Shown here: positions 24,929-38,188 of the stretch, piece by piece
How the letters are laid out: each line of letters opens with the position of its first letter
Position numbering within the stretch: the first letter of the stretch is position 1
Assembly (NCBI GenBank): GCA_973851085.1
Contig: OZ316775.1
Coordinates: forward strand, 14,818,001 to 14,882,000
DNA from: Ptychomitrium polyphyllum
Taxonomy: Eukaryota
Direction of reading: 5' to 3'
Length of the DNA stretch: 64,000 nt
Notes under the pieces: generated by a model
Databases searched by the model: none
Seen by the model: only the letters and a program-made list of their open reading frames with translations
Told to the model about the DNA's origin: nothing
Position numbers and translations under genes: made by a program

Positions 24929-26881
24929 ATAACTACCTAGATCTAGCTGATGTGGAAGAAACTCTCCTTTATCGTATTAGAAGGTTCAGTTCTTAGAGCT
25001 TTTTACGCCGTGACATACCGCATGAGAGTGAAGGCGGGTTTAATAAGATTGTCATCTAGGTTCCTCTGCTGAAACAAGCACCGTTTGCATGATTCTTTGG
25101 GTGTGTGTTCTTGATTTTATGATGGGTATTCTTGAGATCGCATCCATGAAAGAGGATTAAAACAGATCGCTTTGAAAAGTAGTTCTACAAAATTTTCGCC
25201 TATTACTGTTGGTGATCAGAAGTATAACACATCGTTGTACAGAAAGTTTATGGCCCGAGTAGAATTATAAAATTTATCAAGAGGGAGATCTCTGTTAATC
25301 TCTCAAAGAATTACTAGTACTTGAAGTTTTGAGATTTATGAGTCAACTTAACATTAATGGTCGTAGGTATTTGCAGATGTTTACAAGAAGACATTCAGTA
25401 AATTGGCAGTTTCTAGGGATTTTGGCAATTTAGCCTATTTTTGGTTCTTTGTGTATGCCAAATGAGTGAGCAAGGTATTACTCGTCCTAGTCTCTTTCAT
25501 ACATACGAAAGTACTCGAGCCCTCAAGATGTTGAGTGAATGTGCACTTGGATGTGGTGTTCAAGTTTCATTCGCTTTGTTGAGAATTGATGTACGGCCGA
25601 TGCTCAATATCCTACAACACCCTCAATGTGATGTACATATGGTTTTGATTCCATTCTACATTAGTCGGAAAGATTTTCAATACGCCCTCTTGTGCAATGC
25701 GTTGAAAGATGGCACGGCGCCCCTGGATCTTTTTCTCAACTAAAAAATTTTTGATCGATGATTTAGCAGTTGAATACTTGGTAGGAAATTTCTTTTGCTG
25801 GAGGTGACGTCGTTCAGTATCGATCTCTAATAGATAGCCAGTCTCGTTGTACATTTTCAGACCTGCGCTCCAACTGATGTTTGAGAGCAAGCATTGTTCA
25901 AAGCTCTAGATTGATTATCATTCTTTGAATACACTGTTCTCAATTTTTTCTTCACAGCGGCTTTTGAAGCACTACAGGTTTTGTTACTTGATGGTGTGTT
26001 TGGCCATCAGTGTTGGTAGGAAAGATAGACATGTTCACAAGTCTCATAGATTACCAGGTGGCAATTAAGAACTTGCACGGCCCCTGATGGTTCATTGCAC
26101 ATTTCACCTCTCAACCGTTTACTTTCATACTGGCCATGAGAAAAATCAAAGTGCCGCCTGCAACTGAACTTAAACACCTGATGTCCTCTTGGTCGTCTAA
26201 AAACTAGAACGAGATATAAAAAAGGTACACGACATTTTTTCTCTCTAGAAAGGCACAACTCACATAAAAGCATGCAGGCAAAACCCGATAATACAGACGA
26301 TAATAACCCTGACAAAAGGATCACCCAAAAAGAATTATAACTAGAACATTCCCCTCGACTTGAGGTTCAAAAGAAAAAAGGAAGAAAAAAAGACGTATAA
26401 AGTATGATGGTCGAAGATCGGACATGATGCACATACATTTATAATTCATGTCTTTCAAAACACAAGTAACCTAGAAGCGGGAAATTATCTCTAGTTCAAT
26501 TAGCCGCACCGCTTCATTTAAAGAGGTAAATATCGTATACCACCATTCTAGAGCACCAAAACCAAAGTTTGTATCCATTAAACTCGAGTTTACAACAGCT
26601 CATGGCTTTCTGGACCAGATATCCAGCAGAAACCCTGAAACCGCATCTTCTGAAAGCTATGGAGAAGACCGGTGATGGCACAATCTCAGTATGGAATGCC
26701 CGCGATTCATGTATAGCAAGACCTGAGAGCTCCAAGGACGTATCGGGGCTTTTGATCAAGAATCGGAACCCGGCCTGCGTAGATTAACAGAAACTTGCTG
26801 GCCTCATTATCTCTTGAACAGCATGTTAGGATTAATGAAGCAATCCCATGTGCATAGCAATGTCAAACCTCGCTGAAAAAC

Positions 26882-28528
26882 TTAGTCCTCATCTCCTCCG
26901 TCGCCAGCTCTGGGTTTGGGTCCTCCCGCTTGCTTCGCCATGATGATTTGATCCACCCGAAGCACAGTGCAAGCAGCGTCTGTGGCCAACTTCAACGCCC
27001 AATACTTTGGAGTAAGAAGATCGCAGATCCCTGTTTCATGATCCATGTCTACCACACCCCCTGTTTCAATGTCTACACCAGCGCTAGTTCGGCTATCTGC
27101 ATGGGCAGCATATAGGGAAGAAATGATATCTGTAGAGTTCAGACCCGCATTCTCAGCAAGAATGCGAGGCACAACTTCAAGACTATCAGCATACTTGTCA
27201 ATTGCGTACTGGACTAAACCAGCCTCCTTTGCACCATATTCTTTCAATCTCTTGGCCAACTCAATTTCTGTGGCACCAGCTCCAGGAACCAACTTACAAT
27301 CCCGACACATGGCCTTATACGAGTTCACTCCATCATCAACCGCTCGCTCAACATCATCCAACAGGCTGTCCGTGCTCCCCCGAATCACTAATGTTGCAAC
27401 TAAGTTCCCGCCTAGTTCGTTTTTAACGATTGTAACCCTAGTACCTCCAAGCTCTTCAACTACAACAGAATCAGCGTACCCTATCTCATCTGGAGTCGGT
27501 TGCTGCAACTTAACCAGAGATACAGCGCCAGTTGTACGACAAAAACGACGCAGTTCAAACTTTGAAGCAATCTTAATAACCATCAACTTATACCGCTCAC
27601 AAAAATGTAAAGCCATCTCCCCAACAGCACCACCACTAACAACAACTGTAGCTCCCGAAGCTGCTATTCCTTTAATCAGCTCCTCAACCTTTGCCTCCTC
27701 AGTCTTAGCATACTGCTCCAGCTCAGTCCCGCTGTTGATGAGCACCGTCCCTTTCGTCTCCGTCGCAGAAGTATCAATCCCACCTCCAAAAACAGCCACC
27801 TTCGCACTCTGCGCTCTCTTAATGGTCCCCACAGACTCACTCTTCAAAACCATCCCCCGCACAACTTGGGAATCATGAATCCCCCCTCCAAGAATCTTCA
27901 CCACTCTCACATTGTCCACATTGAAGTTCACCGGATTCTTGGGGCACACTTGAATACAAGCATCGGCAATCAGAGGACACAACACCCTTTCCTGCCCATA
28001 CTGCTTACTAGCAACCGCAGATTTCATCCTATGCACCACCTGATCACCATCCCGCACATCCATGGCGTCACTTCCCGGCACCACAAGCTCCCTCTCAAGA
28101 ACCTCCAGACATCTGATGCTAGCTTTCGCATATCCGGACACAATCTCACTGGGATGCAACCCAGTTCGGATCAACTGCTCTGCACCGCCTAGAAGCTCCC
28201 CAGCAAACGACACCACAAGATTGGCCGCGTCGCCGATCTCTTCTTGTTGAGCTTTCGCAGCTAAAACCAGCACCTTGGCTGCAGGGTGCTGAACTTCGAG
28301 CTCCTGTAAGATGGTGCCGGCGTCATTGGTGATAAAAAGCTTGTCTAGGTGGTTGATCACCATCTTGTTCATGCCGTTGGGGCCCAGAGAGCTCGATGCG
28401 ATCTTGGAGACTTGCTGGCATGCCTCGATGTTCTTGAGCACCGCCTCCTCCAGGCCAGAGATGAGCTTGTGGCCTTCCTTCAGCATACCCTGCATGCCAT
28501 GGTTGCTGGACAGATGGAAACCCGACAT
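26882..28528 (-). CDS. CCT8: T-complex protein 1 subunit theta (CCT/TRiC chaperonin), intronless CDS, 548 aa
   Basis: MLKEGHK..SGLEEAVLKNIEAC, SSLGPNGMNKMVINHLDKLFITNDA, FNVDNVRVVKILGG, DDVERAVDDGVN and TVLRVDQIIMAKQAGGPK are diagnostic of CCT8. ATG at 28528. Confidence 0.97.
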   Translation of the reverse strand: MSGFHLSSNHGMQGMLKEGHKLISGLEEAVLKNIEACQQVSKIASSSLGPNGMNKMVINHLDKLFITNDAGTILQELEVQHPAAKVLVLAAKAQQEEIGDAANLVVSFAGELLGGAEQLIRTGLHPSEIVSGYAKASIRCLEVLERELVVPGSDAMDVRDGDQVVHRMKSAVASKQYGQERVLCPLIADACIQVCPKNPVNFNVDNVRVVKILGGGIHDSQVVRGMVLKSESVGTIKRAQSAKVAVFGGGIDTSATETKGTVLINSGTELEQYAKTEEAKVEELIKGIAASGATVVVSGGAVGEMALHFCERYKLMVIKIASKFELRRFCRTTGAVSLVKLQQPTPDEIGYADSVVVEELGGTRVTIVKNELGGNLVATLVIRGSTDSLLDDVERAVDDGVNSYKAMCRDCKLVPGAGATEIELAKRLKEYGAKEAGLVQYAIDKYADSLEVVPRILAENAGLNSTDIISSLYAAHADSRTSAGVDIETGGVVDMDHETGICDLLTPKYWALKLATDAACTVLRVDQIIMAKQAGGPKPRAGDGGDED

Positions 28529-28664
28529 CGCTGCAATGCGGGGAACCTGATCGGGGCGAGCTCGCAACAACAAACAGCCACAAAGAAACCTCAGTCAGAC
28601 AACGTGATCGTTGCGTTCAGTCAAGAAAACTTCCCACAACGCAGCGAAACAGTCGAAGCTCGTA

Positions 28665-28673
28665 AAACCCTAA
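28665..28673. promoter_or_regulatory. Telo-box (AAACCCTAA) upstream of CCT8
   Basis: Exact motif ~140 bp upstream of the CCT8 ATG. Telo-boxes are typical of plant translation and protein-folding housekeeping genes. Confidence 0.5.
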
Positions 28674-29741
28674 ACCTCGCACAGTTTTAAGTGCCACTTC
28701 ATCAGGGTCAATACTCAAAACCGTCACTAACATCATCTCCACTATTCTCTACCATCAGCCTAGATCCAAGCTTCTGAGTATCATCTCCTGTTTGCGTATA
28801 ATGGGTGCATCCCGAAAGTCGTCACTGCGGCCAAAACCACCACCATCTACAACATTTCACGTCTCGAAAACTTGAAACCGCGTAGATGAAGACGAACTTA
28901 TGCACTTTGATTGATCGTCGCATCACCTGAAACCTATATTATCTACCGTTTCTTGTAATTCTCTTGAGTGTGAAGGACAAAGGCTTCTGGATTGTTTCCC
29001 GGTGCTCTCTCCTCAGGGGGAGATTCTGTTCCGTGTAGTAGGAAAAACAGGTCCAAGGTAACAAAATCTCTCCTTGTCAATGTGAAAGATTCTATTGGTG
29101 CAAGATTGCAATTGTTGCAATTGTTGCAGCGACTACTAGGCTAAATACAACAACTGATAGGCTTTCATCAGTACAAGAATTGATGAAGAAGATTCAGACT
29201 TTGAATTAGACATTGAATCAATGATCACTTGTTTGGTTTAAAAGATCTTACCTCAGACAGTAGCTACTGTCTCCAACTTCAAAAATATTCTCTATAACAT
29301 TATAAAAGTTATTATGATAACTATCAAAAACCTACTGTGATAATTATACTATTTTAACAAATAGAAAGCGTGTATGATGCATGAGTTCCAATCAATAATG
29401 TGCAATTTATCCCTATAGTTTGCTTTCAAAGAAAATGGTTGAAAGGCCCACTTCACAAAGGGTTTGGCTTGCAGCTGGAGATTATCAAAGTGTATTTGTG
29501 AATGCAGGAACAAATTGTGCATATTACAGTTATTGTACTTAGTGGAATTTTAATTTTCACATTTGACAAACGCTGATTTTAAATGATCCCAATGTATTGA
29601 AGAACATCTGGATATCAATGATCATATCAGTGATCTCACTGCATATTTACACCAGGACTCGCTAGCTACAACACCCTCCATCCCAATAAAATGAACAGCC
29701 AACCGAAAGGCCTTGCACGTACGAGATCTACGCCAGAGACA

Positions 29742-32674
29742 TTAATGCGATTGAGATTCTAGTAGCAGATTGGTAGCTATTGTTATGTCATTTCGGGTAT
29801 TCGCCAAAGCTTGTAGTGCATCGTCCCGATCAAACCCCATTGCCACCAATGTTGAAACATACTCTTCAGGAGGGGGTGGAGAAGGACCCAATGGCGGTGC
29901 CGTTGCAGCAAAAAGGTGCTGCAAATTTTTCATGCAAGATAACCGTGAGTCACTTAACAGAATAAATGCAAAAAATACATGTACAGAATGCAAATCATAT
30001 GAACCTGTTTTTCGCACCCAGTTTTGCATGTAATATAGTAAGCTGCAAACTTGCAATTACAAGTACGACATTGAAATGTATACCTCGAACGGACGACCTA
30101 CTGGTCCATTAAGAGCCGAGACCCTTGACCCTCTTGCTGTTGGTGGGGGTGTGGAAACACCAGACATGAGCGGTGCAAACAATCTTCCAGCTACCGAAGC
30201 CAACCCTTCTGGAAACTGGAGAAGAAAAAGGACTCGGTTAGTGCCCGTGACTACCCAGACAGAATGTACATCAGCGCTGTAACAGGTGCATCATGATGCG
30301 AGAAACATGAAAAAATATCAGCTTGATAAGCAGATGAAGACTTTCATAAAAAGTTTTAGAACGACACCTTCACTTTTCTTATTCCTAAAATATTGGATTT
30401 GTACAGAAACCCTGCTAGAAGTCCACAGATTCCAGGAATAAGGGACCGCTTCCATGATGACAATAGAAGCTGCAAAAGAAACCCAATATAAAATGTAGTC
30501 AAGAATAGTCGAGAATGCGGCCACACAGAAGGAAATAGATGTTCAGATGAATTAAATCTACACAAGTGACACTTTTATAAAATCAAACTGCATTTCTGTT
30601 GGAAAGCTGTAAACGTAGACAAGCAAAATTTAATCAAAGGGCAGCACTAAACCTGCAAACCAGCAAGATAGACAAAAGACTTGTCTGAGAATCGCGCCCC
30701 GAAGATTTTATAACGGGTTGATATAGGGATGTCGAAGAAAAAAGGCACAAATGAAGCAAATATTAAGCCATAGAGACCAGAAGAGAAGGAAATTCCTTTC
30801 AAAAAGGTTAGGTCTGCAGATCAAAAATCAAATGAACTGTCATGCCCTGTTCATCGATGAGACTTATAGTCCACAATGCAAAAAGAAATCAACAGGTTGA
30901 AACAATTAGTGAGCAATGACTAACGTATGTTACTTGGGGAAAGCAGAGGACTCTACGGTATTTAGCGAAGTACAAACAGACTGATTGTAGTGTACCTTTT
31001 AGCGCAGCCAATGTGACAACCTGAAGAATTGTCGAGACAGTTGTTGAAAATATCACAAAAAACTGTCATGCCCAAACCTATAGTTAGTTCATGAAATAAT
31101 GAGGTTTCTTACTACTTGAGTCGATAAAGTTTGCACTACATACCTCATGAGTCTTTCAGCAAAGTTGAACAATTCATGGAAGGTACACTCTCATTTATGC
31201 TGATTCGCTCTGGACATTCGATATAGAAAGTTTAGGAACGCAAGGTGAGTAGCTGAAGCACCAGATATTTATTTGACCCAATGTGTCGTTCGAAGACTCT
31301 GAAAAAGTAGACGAGATAAAGTCCAAACAAGAGCTCCGGTGTTGATGAAAACACACATGGTGACGTAAGCAAGCGCCAAAGCTGAAGCTCTTGCACAACT
31401 TTCTGCCACTCCACAAATCAAATTAAAAGATAAAGAAAAATTTGGGCTTCAATCTAACTTGCCACTAACAACCTAATAACAGTCATTCACGTTTCCATGA
31501 CGTGCTTAACGTTTGAACCTCTCTATGGACAGATAGCACAGCAAGATATAGTGTACTGGTTTCAGCTAACAAAATTAAGTCATTGACTTCAAATTCAATT
31601 AATATTATTCCACAGGAGCCTTAATTATGCCTGAAAAAAGTTCTACTAGTCCTAATGAGGCAAATCCAAGAACATCCAAAACCATACCTCATAAGAGAGG
31701 CTAAAACCGCTCGCACCACCGCTCGTGCCAACCAGCACTGAGACCAGACCACATGCCGCCACTATCCCCTTGGTCACAGGAGCATTATCTGCAAAAGCCA
31801 CAATCTACGATGTCAACCCTTCCGCGCGATGTCACTCCTTCGTTGATCAACAGAAGTCGTTACATAAGACAACAAGAGTGTCGAAGCCCTAGGTATTTTG
31901 GACATCGCTGCGAAAGAACGTTAAGTATTTAGACATCAAACTATTTGATTAGAAAAAGCTAGTCCGAAGAATAGAATACCACATGCCGATCCACCCATAG
32001 ATTGAAATAGCGGCTTATAAAACTATAACCTGTTTTCATGTCATATGTTAAGCTCTTTCTTAAACTCAGCCCCTCAACCCATGTAAACCTTCAATTGGCA
32101 CCAGTTGGCAAGAGAAGGTGAACTATGTTCGGAACACCACAAAAATATGCTGACAGAGATAAAAGCTCCAATTTACAATCTGCAATGCCAGTTGCAAGAC
32201 TGATGGTGCAATTGTCGGATACAACTTAACACTCGAGATCAACAACTGAACAAAGAAAAAACAAACCCCAGGCAAAGCCGGTGGTGGCAGAAACAGCTCA
32301 AATCACATCTGCAAACACCCCCGCCAGCTAAACAATAGAAAACATTCAACAAACTGTAAGAAACTACAGCTAAATAAAATAGAGCTGCAAGCCACAAGAC
32401 AAACGAGACACAACACTAGTGTGAACACTCGTGCAGCAAACCACCACGATCATGAAAATTCCCACATCGGAGAACCAAGTCCCGTCTACCACTCAAGAAA
32501 GAGCAACATTGAATGCCAGGCATGGTTAAGAAGAAGCCCTAACATCGATCGAGTAAACCCCAGACTGAACTGACAACCCGCGGCACCAAACTAAAAACAA
32601 CAGCAGGAAAGGAGTCCTTCAAGAAGGCAATAGGGATAAAGAGCTCTACGAAATCCTGACGGTCCCGCGTTCAT
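29742..32674 (-). CDS. UBAC2: Rhomboid-like pseudoprotease with C-terminal UBA domain (UBAC2/RBL20-like). Exons (5'->3'): 32674-32650, 31788-31688, 31402-31262, 31062-30996, 30813-30653, 30469-30368, 30215-30084, 29918-29742
   Basis: [15 protein letters not shown] start; [108 protein letters not shown] joins are in frame. Confidence 0.92.
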
Positions 32675-32812
32675 CGTGGGTGACGGGGATGTGAAACCCC
32701 TTTGGTCGCGTGAATTCCTAACTCCTCGCAACGGAAGGCTACCAACCCAGTGATGGATAGAAACTCCTCAGCAGAGAGACCGCTTCTCCACTGCCCTAAA
32801 ACCACCACCACG

Positions 32813-32821
32813 TTAGGGTTT
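32813..32821. promoter_or_regulatory. Telo-box (TTAGGGTTT) upstream of UBAC2
   Basis: Exact motif ~140 bp upstream of the ATG. Confidence 0.4.
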
Positions 32822-35800
32822 CAACCTCGAAGTCGAAAACCAATCAACCGACTACGCTACCACTGATCCCCTCGCGCAACCGACCTCTCAATCTCCAAAC
32901 CCAATCACCCTCACAAACCCAAGTAGCGTGACCCAACTGCAGGAGTACTTGCTTCTTCAACTCCTTTCAATGATTTCTTCAACCTTGAGCTCAACCGATC
33001 ACCCTGCAGTGTCTGAGAAAGTTAAGATGTCCGCATACCGGCACTGCAAGAAACTGGACTGTGTACATAGCGTACATATGAAATTGGGTGCTAAACAGAA
33101 TGATCGGCCAAGATCGACAGACTGAGAACCCAACTCGCAAGAGAAGAGCAGAGAGGACAGACTCAAGAGAACAATGATCGCCATGCCGAGCAAACATGCA
33201 TGTTTTCCTATATAAACTTACTATTTTCCCCCTCGAGCCTATTCTTACCCTTTTCTTACGTCACCACCAACTTCTTGAGCTTGGCACGAGTCATCAGAAA
33301 AGAATGAACTTGATTCTCTTTTTGGTTCGGTTGCCGAACATTAGTTTACACAAGTGACGAGACATTTTGGTTCGGATGAGTTAGGATGTTGAGTTCATCC
33401 TGCTCTGTGTAGAAGTTGCGAACGCTGATCGGGGTACACAAATTTGTTGTTGGTTTGTTGACGTTAGCCCACTGGCAGAGTTACCAGACATCCTTGCAAG
33501 ATGGTGAAGGTGGTGCCCGAGATGGTGGTGCGAGTGCGGGTGAGCTGATACCGGAGGATGATTGTGTACTTTTCCCTTTCTCCCGTGATGGCAGTGTTGC
33601 TCGTGCGCTCCATGGCTCACCCCCAGGGCCATGAACTTGCCGTCCGCTTTGTAGTTCCGCATCTCGTGATCGGACCTTTTGTATGCTTCTTACACTGGTA
33701 TCGACGCTGTGCAGTTGATGCAACGTCATCTTAGGATGTAACTCAGATTTCAGTCCTTGGGTTTGAGCTTGAGTATCTCCGAAGTAGGGTTCGGGGCACG
33801 ATCTTGACGCACAGTGATCGGTGATTACTCTATTCAGTTCCTGATATGTCGCTTGTGCGCTGTTGATTGTAACGCACACACGTCTAGAGGCAAATTTCTT
33901 CTGGTTTTTAGAAGGACAAATTCCGTTGAAGTGCATTGGCTTACTTTGCTATAGCTGTGCCTTTTACGAGCTTCAAAATGGTGTCCGTCAGAGTTCTGCT
34001 TCTCCAAATCCATACTGCATGTTGTTACTTCCACCAGTATAGGCTTTGTGCAGTAGTTAGTTAGGAAGTTTTGTGTAACTCTTCTCAGAGCATCCGCGAC
34101 CTTAAATTACACAAACATGTGATGAGAGACCAAGCGGCATAACTTAGTTTGCTGAAGCACTTTCTACGCGAAGTGGATCTTTTGAGGAATCGCAGTTAAG
34201 TCCCCAGACTGGATGCCCAGTTTCCCCTTTTTTTCCTTAAACTCAAACAATACCGTAGCACAGTGGCACCCGAAACATATTCTCTCGGTTTTTCCCTAGG
34301 TATGGCAAAACTGCGGACCAAACTATTCCGGTGGTCGCGAGTCTGGCTCATTACATTGGGACAGAGCACCTTCAGATTGGTTGAATTAGTGCTGCTATCG
34401 TCATGATATGGAGTACTTATTGTTGCACTGTATCCTGGACTGCTTTGCATTACATTCATCCTAGTGAAAGTCTAGAAATTAACTTGCTAACACAAATGTC
34501 AGCTTTCCACGTTCTTGTAAGCTTGCACTTAGGAGACTTGAGCGTGTGAAAGTTGCCAAATGCAAGTCTGCTAGTGAGACATAGTGCTCGGTTCTCGAGG
34601 GCACAATTTTTCCTTGTGGTTCCGTAAATGATGCTCTTATGAGAAGCGATCAAGCTCTTACTACAATGGCTGTATTTTTACAGGTATGACACTTTGGATT
34701 AGGCGAAGCTGCACGATGCAGGTACGCGATTTCTCAATTGCTTGCATAAAATTACCGAATTTACAGTGATCTCAACAGTGGGACGAAGTTATCTGAACAT
34801 GTATATATTAGGTAGTTTCTAATCTGCTGTTATTATCTCTGACTCAATTCTTTGACTACGCATATATATCTTTCTTCTAGGTTATCTTATGCGGAGTTTT
34901 AAAATCCTTGGGTAGACTTTAACCCATCGCAGCTAATGTCATCTTGATATTGACAGACGTTTCCCCTTTTTAGAGAGTTGATTCTAAAGTGTATGCTAAC
35001 CGTACAATTTCATTGATATGTAGATTTGGAGCGTTCTTGATACCATGTAGAGATATTCTAGTAAGAAAGATAGAGGAGAGGAAGTGGGGCAGAGAAACAG
35101 TGCCGGAAGTCATTGTCCAAGGAGTTCAAGAAAGAAATGCAGACATAGATCGCAGCTCTTGAGCTCATTCTTCCTTCTGCTATGACAAGTCTAGTACAGT
35201 TTTCAACTTCAATCTTTTGTAAAAAACAGTAGGCCAGTTTACTCAACTAATAATGACAAAGTTTGCTCACATTTATCAATTCCAACAGACTGGCACCTAC
35301 ATGGATGCCTTTGTCTAATTGACATATGTACAACCAACTCAAAACCTCTGACGTTCACTGGAAGGTCCAGTGTGGTGGATCTCTCCGCACCACATGATTG
35401 TTGCGAACCAGAACATCATAAAAATATTCTTACATATTTACATAGCATTTAAAGGAACTAAACTATATCAATATACCTTGCGGAGAAGAGAGATCCGTCC
35501 ATGCCCTTTGGAGATGGCATAGATCAATATATAGTGGTTATAACCGATAATCAAGTAGAACGTTGGACACTCAGGGCTGCTTCACATCTTGTCCTATGGC
35601 CACTTTTCTAGAATTTCAGCTATGATTGGTCAAAATTCTATTGTATGGTTTTACACCTTGCGTATAGCCCACAGAAGAAGCACTAGCAACCCAACTGAAG
35701 ACAGATGAAAGACTCAGAAACATAAAACATCCTCTGTAGTTGAGCTCTAGAAAGTGTGATGAGATCGACCAACACTGAGCAACTCTTAGATCGTGGCTCC

Positions 35801-36230
35801 CAAACCCAGAGCAACCAAGTATGCCGTGCACGACCTACCACTGCACGCTTCATTGACATTCAAACTTCTGCCCCAGAGCAGACGATAGGTGTCGTCGATG
35901 CTGACGGCCACCGCCTTTGTGACGTTGACGACTGCACCGCTCCTGTTGCTCAGACAAATGGTGCCACAAAAAGGTTAATATGTTAATAATATCCACAGAT
36001 GTTCGCTGCAGGTTCGTGCACGCAGCACAGGTGGTCTCCTCCATCACAAGTTAGTGCTTTACCCAGAGTTCGTAGGAAACTGCTGGCCTTGCTTGCGGTG
36101 AACGCCTCTTGGCGGAAGCACAGACGGGGTTTAAGTTGTGGCGAGGATGACCATCCAAACTACAATTGCTGCTCAATCCCCTCTGAGAGCGTGCTCTAGA
36201 GTTCCTGCAGCTGGCCAGGGTTATGCAAAG

Positions 36231-38188
36231 ATGGGTGTTTTAGGAAGAAGGGGTTTGGCTGTGGTACTGCTCGTGGCTGTGCTTGCTGGGCCAGCGCTTG
36301 CAGGGAAGGACTGTGCTCGGGTGGAGCAGTCGAATACCTTTCTCTCGCCGGGGATCAAGATTCGTCCGGGGGATGTGAACAACAAGTTTTTCGATGTTGA
36401 GGCGCCAACCGGTCATTTCGCCACGGTGGACTTCAATGCGGAGCTTGTGTACGAGAATGGGGAGCCGGTGCCGCTCTCCGATGTGTACCTCCACCACTGG
36501 ATCATGCTTGAGGTTATCATCCCCGTGGGCGGTGCGAAGCTCGTCGGGGAGGAGTTGCAGGAGACCATGCACCGGAGTGGTCCTCATGTGTACCACGTCG
36601 GGAAACCCTTACACGGGGTTGGGCGAATGCACGTGAAGCAGGCGTGGGCGAAGGGCGGTGAGACTCGCCATCTGAATTCCACCATTCCTGCTCCTTACGG
36701 GATGGTGAGCGGCGGCGAAGGCGTGCGCACGCAATGGCTGCTCAATGTGCACGGGATCGATACACGAGGAGCAGTGGACAAGATGGGTTGCACTGAATGC
36801 CGGTGAGTTCCCAGTTTTCTCTCCTATGTGTTTTCAGATTGTAAGGTACTTGTCGAAACGGCAGAATCACTTTCTTCTGGCTCTTCACGTCAACGTTTTA
36901 CTGTGCAATGTTTTGTAACGAAAATATGATATACGAACGCTGTCCAAAACAAGTTGTGTGCAGCAGAATACCATAGGATGGTACGAGTTTGGAGAGTTTC
37001 TTGACAAGTTTCATGTCAGATTTTAGTTGTGCAATTTGTTCCAAATTCCAAGTAGGCTGAGTTGTGTAAATATGGAGTAATCATCAGTATGTGGTGATTG
37101 TTGTGTCTACTTAGTTTGTTAAATTGGTGAGCGAATGGAGGATCATAAGTCGAAGGAGAGTATTTGTGAAGTACGGCTGTGAGTTTGATATGAATCTTTT
37201 TGTAGCGGTCTGCTGAGTATGGTGGTGGTGTCTAAGGATGCGGTCATTAGTCTTACTTAGTGATTGTTGCTGCAGGTGTAATTTGTTTACTGGAGGGAAC
37301 CGCACTGGTACGCCAGATGATTATGTGGGAGGTTTGTTTTGTTGCCCGGATGAGTCTCGGTGCTTGCTGAGAGACGACTTCAATAGAGATGATGTGGCTC
37401 TAGAAAGAACTATTCGCTTGAAGGTAACATAAAAAATCAATAAATCCTTGCTTTTGTCTCTTAACGTTTTCATTTTTGTAGAAGCATTCTGATGCCGGCT
37501 TCTATTCTTATACTCACTCAGAAATATTGACTTTGTAAAATGCGGATGTATTTAATATGAATTTTAGGTTTTTGTTTCAGTGCAATGTGTATCATATGTA
37601 TGCAACTTATACGTCTGACACACTGTCTTGTTTGGCATCTAGTATACTTGGACATACATAGCAGTCGATGAGTGCGTTGTCCCACTTCTAACGCAAGGTC
37701 TTGACGTAACCGCGCATGGAGATGGTGTTGGTACAGTCGAGTACAACATCGAAGGTCATTGCAAAGCTGAAGATGTTTATAAGCCAGAGTGCGTAGATGT
37801 CCGTGAAACAACTATGGAGGCTCGCTATGGGGGCGATATGGTCTATGCAGTCGCTCACTTGCACGCCTACAGCCTGGATTCAACTCTCTGGGGCGAAGAT
37901 GGTCGCATGATCTGCCACTCTCCTCCCATTTACGGCCATGGAACGGCAGCAGGTGATGAGAAGGGTTACGTTGTTGGAATTCGCCATTGCAACCCTTCTT
38001 TCGGCGCTAATGGTAACCTGGGGAAGATCAAGAAGGGTGAGAAGCTTCGGTGGCAGGTCAAGTATACTAGGGTGGATGGTCCTCACACTGGAGTGATGGG
38101 CGTTTTGTTCACCAAAATCGCTGAGGAGGCCAAAATTCTTGAGCCTGTTGCACTTAGTGGCTCTAGAAACCGGAAGATCTTGAAGTGA
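36231..38188 (+). CDS. Secreted stress up-regulated Nod 19 (SURNod19)-family protein. Exons: 36231-36802, 37276-37423, 37643-38188
   Basis: Signal peptide (MGVLGRRGLAVVLLVAVLAGPALA); family motifs PGDVNNKF, FNAELV..G.PVPL..VYLHHW, GGETR, WLLNVHGIDTRG..DKMGCTECRC, YVGGLFCCPDESRC, YAVAHLH, GDEKGYVVG and HTGVMG. Splices are in frame. An upstream in-frame ATG exists at 36147. Confidence 0.88.

Noticed and set aside
33381..33936. His-rich minus-strand ORFs between UBAC2 and the SURNod19 gene
   Set aside because: They are short, overlap in several frames, and have no recognisable domain or splice structure. A lncRNA or small gene cannot be excluded.
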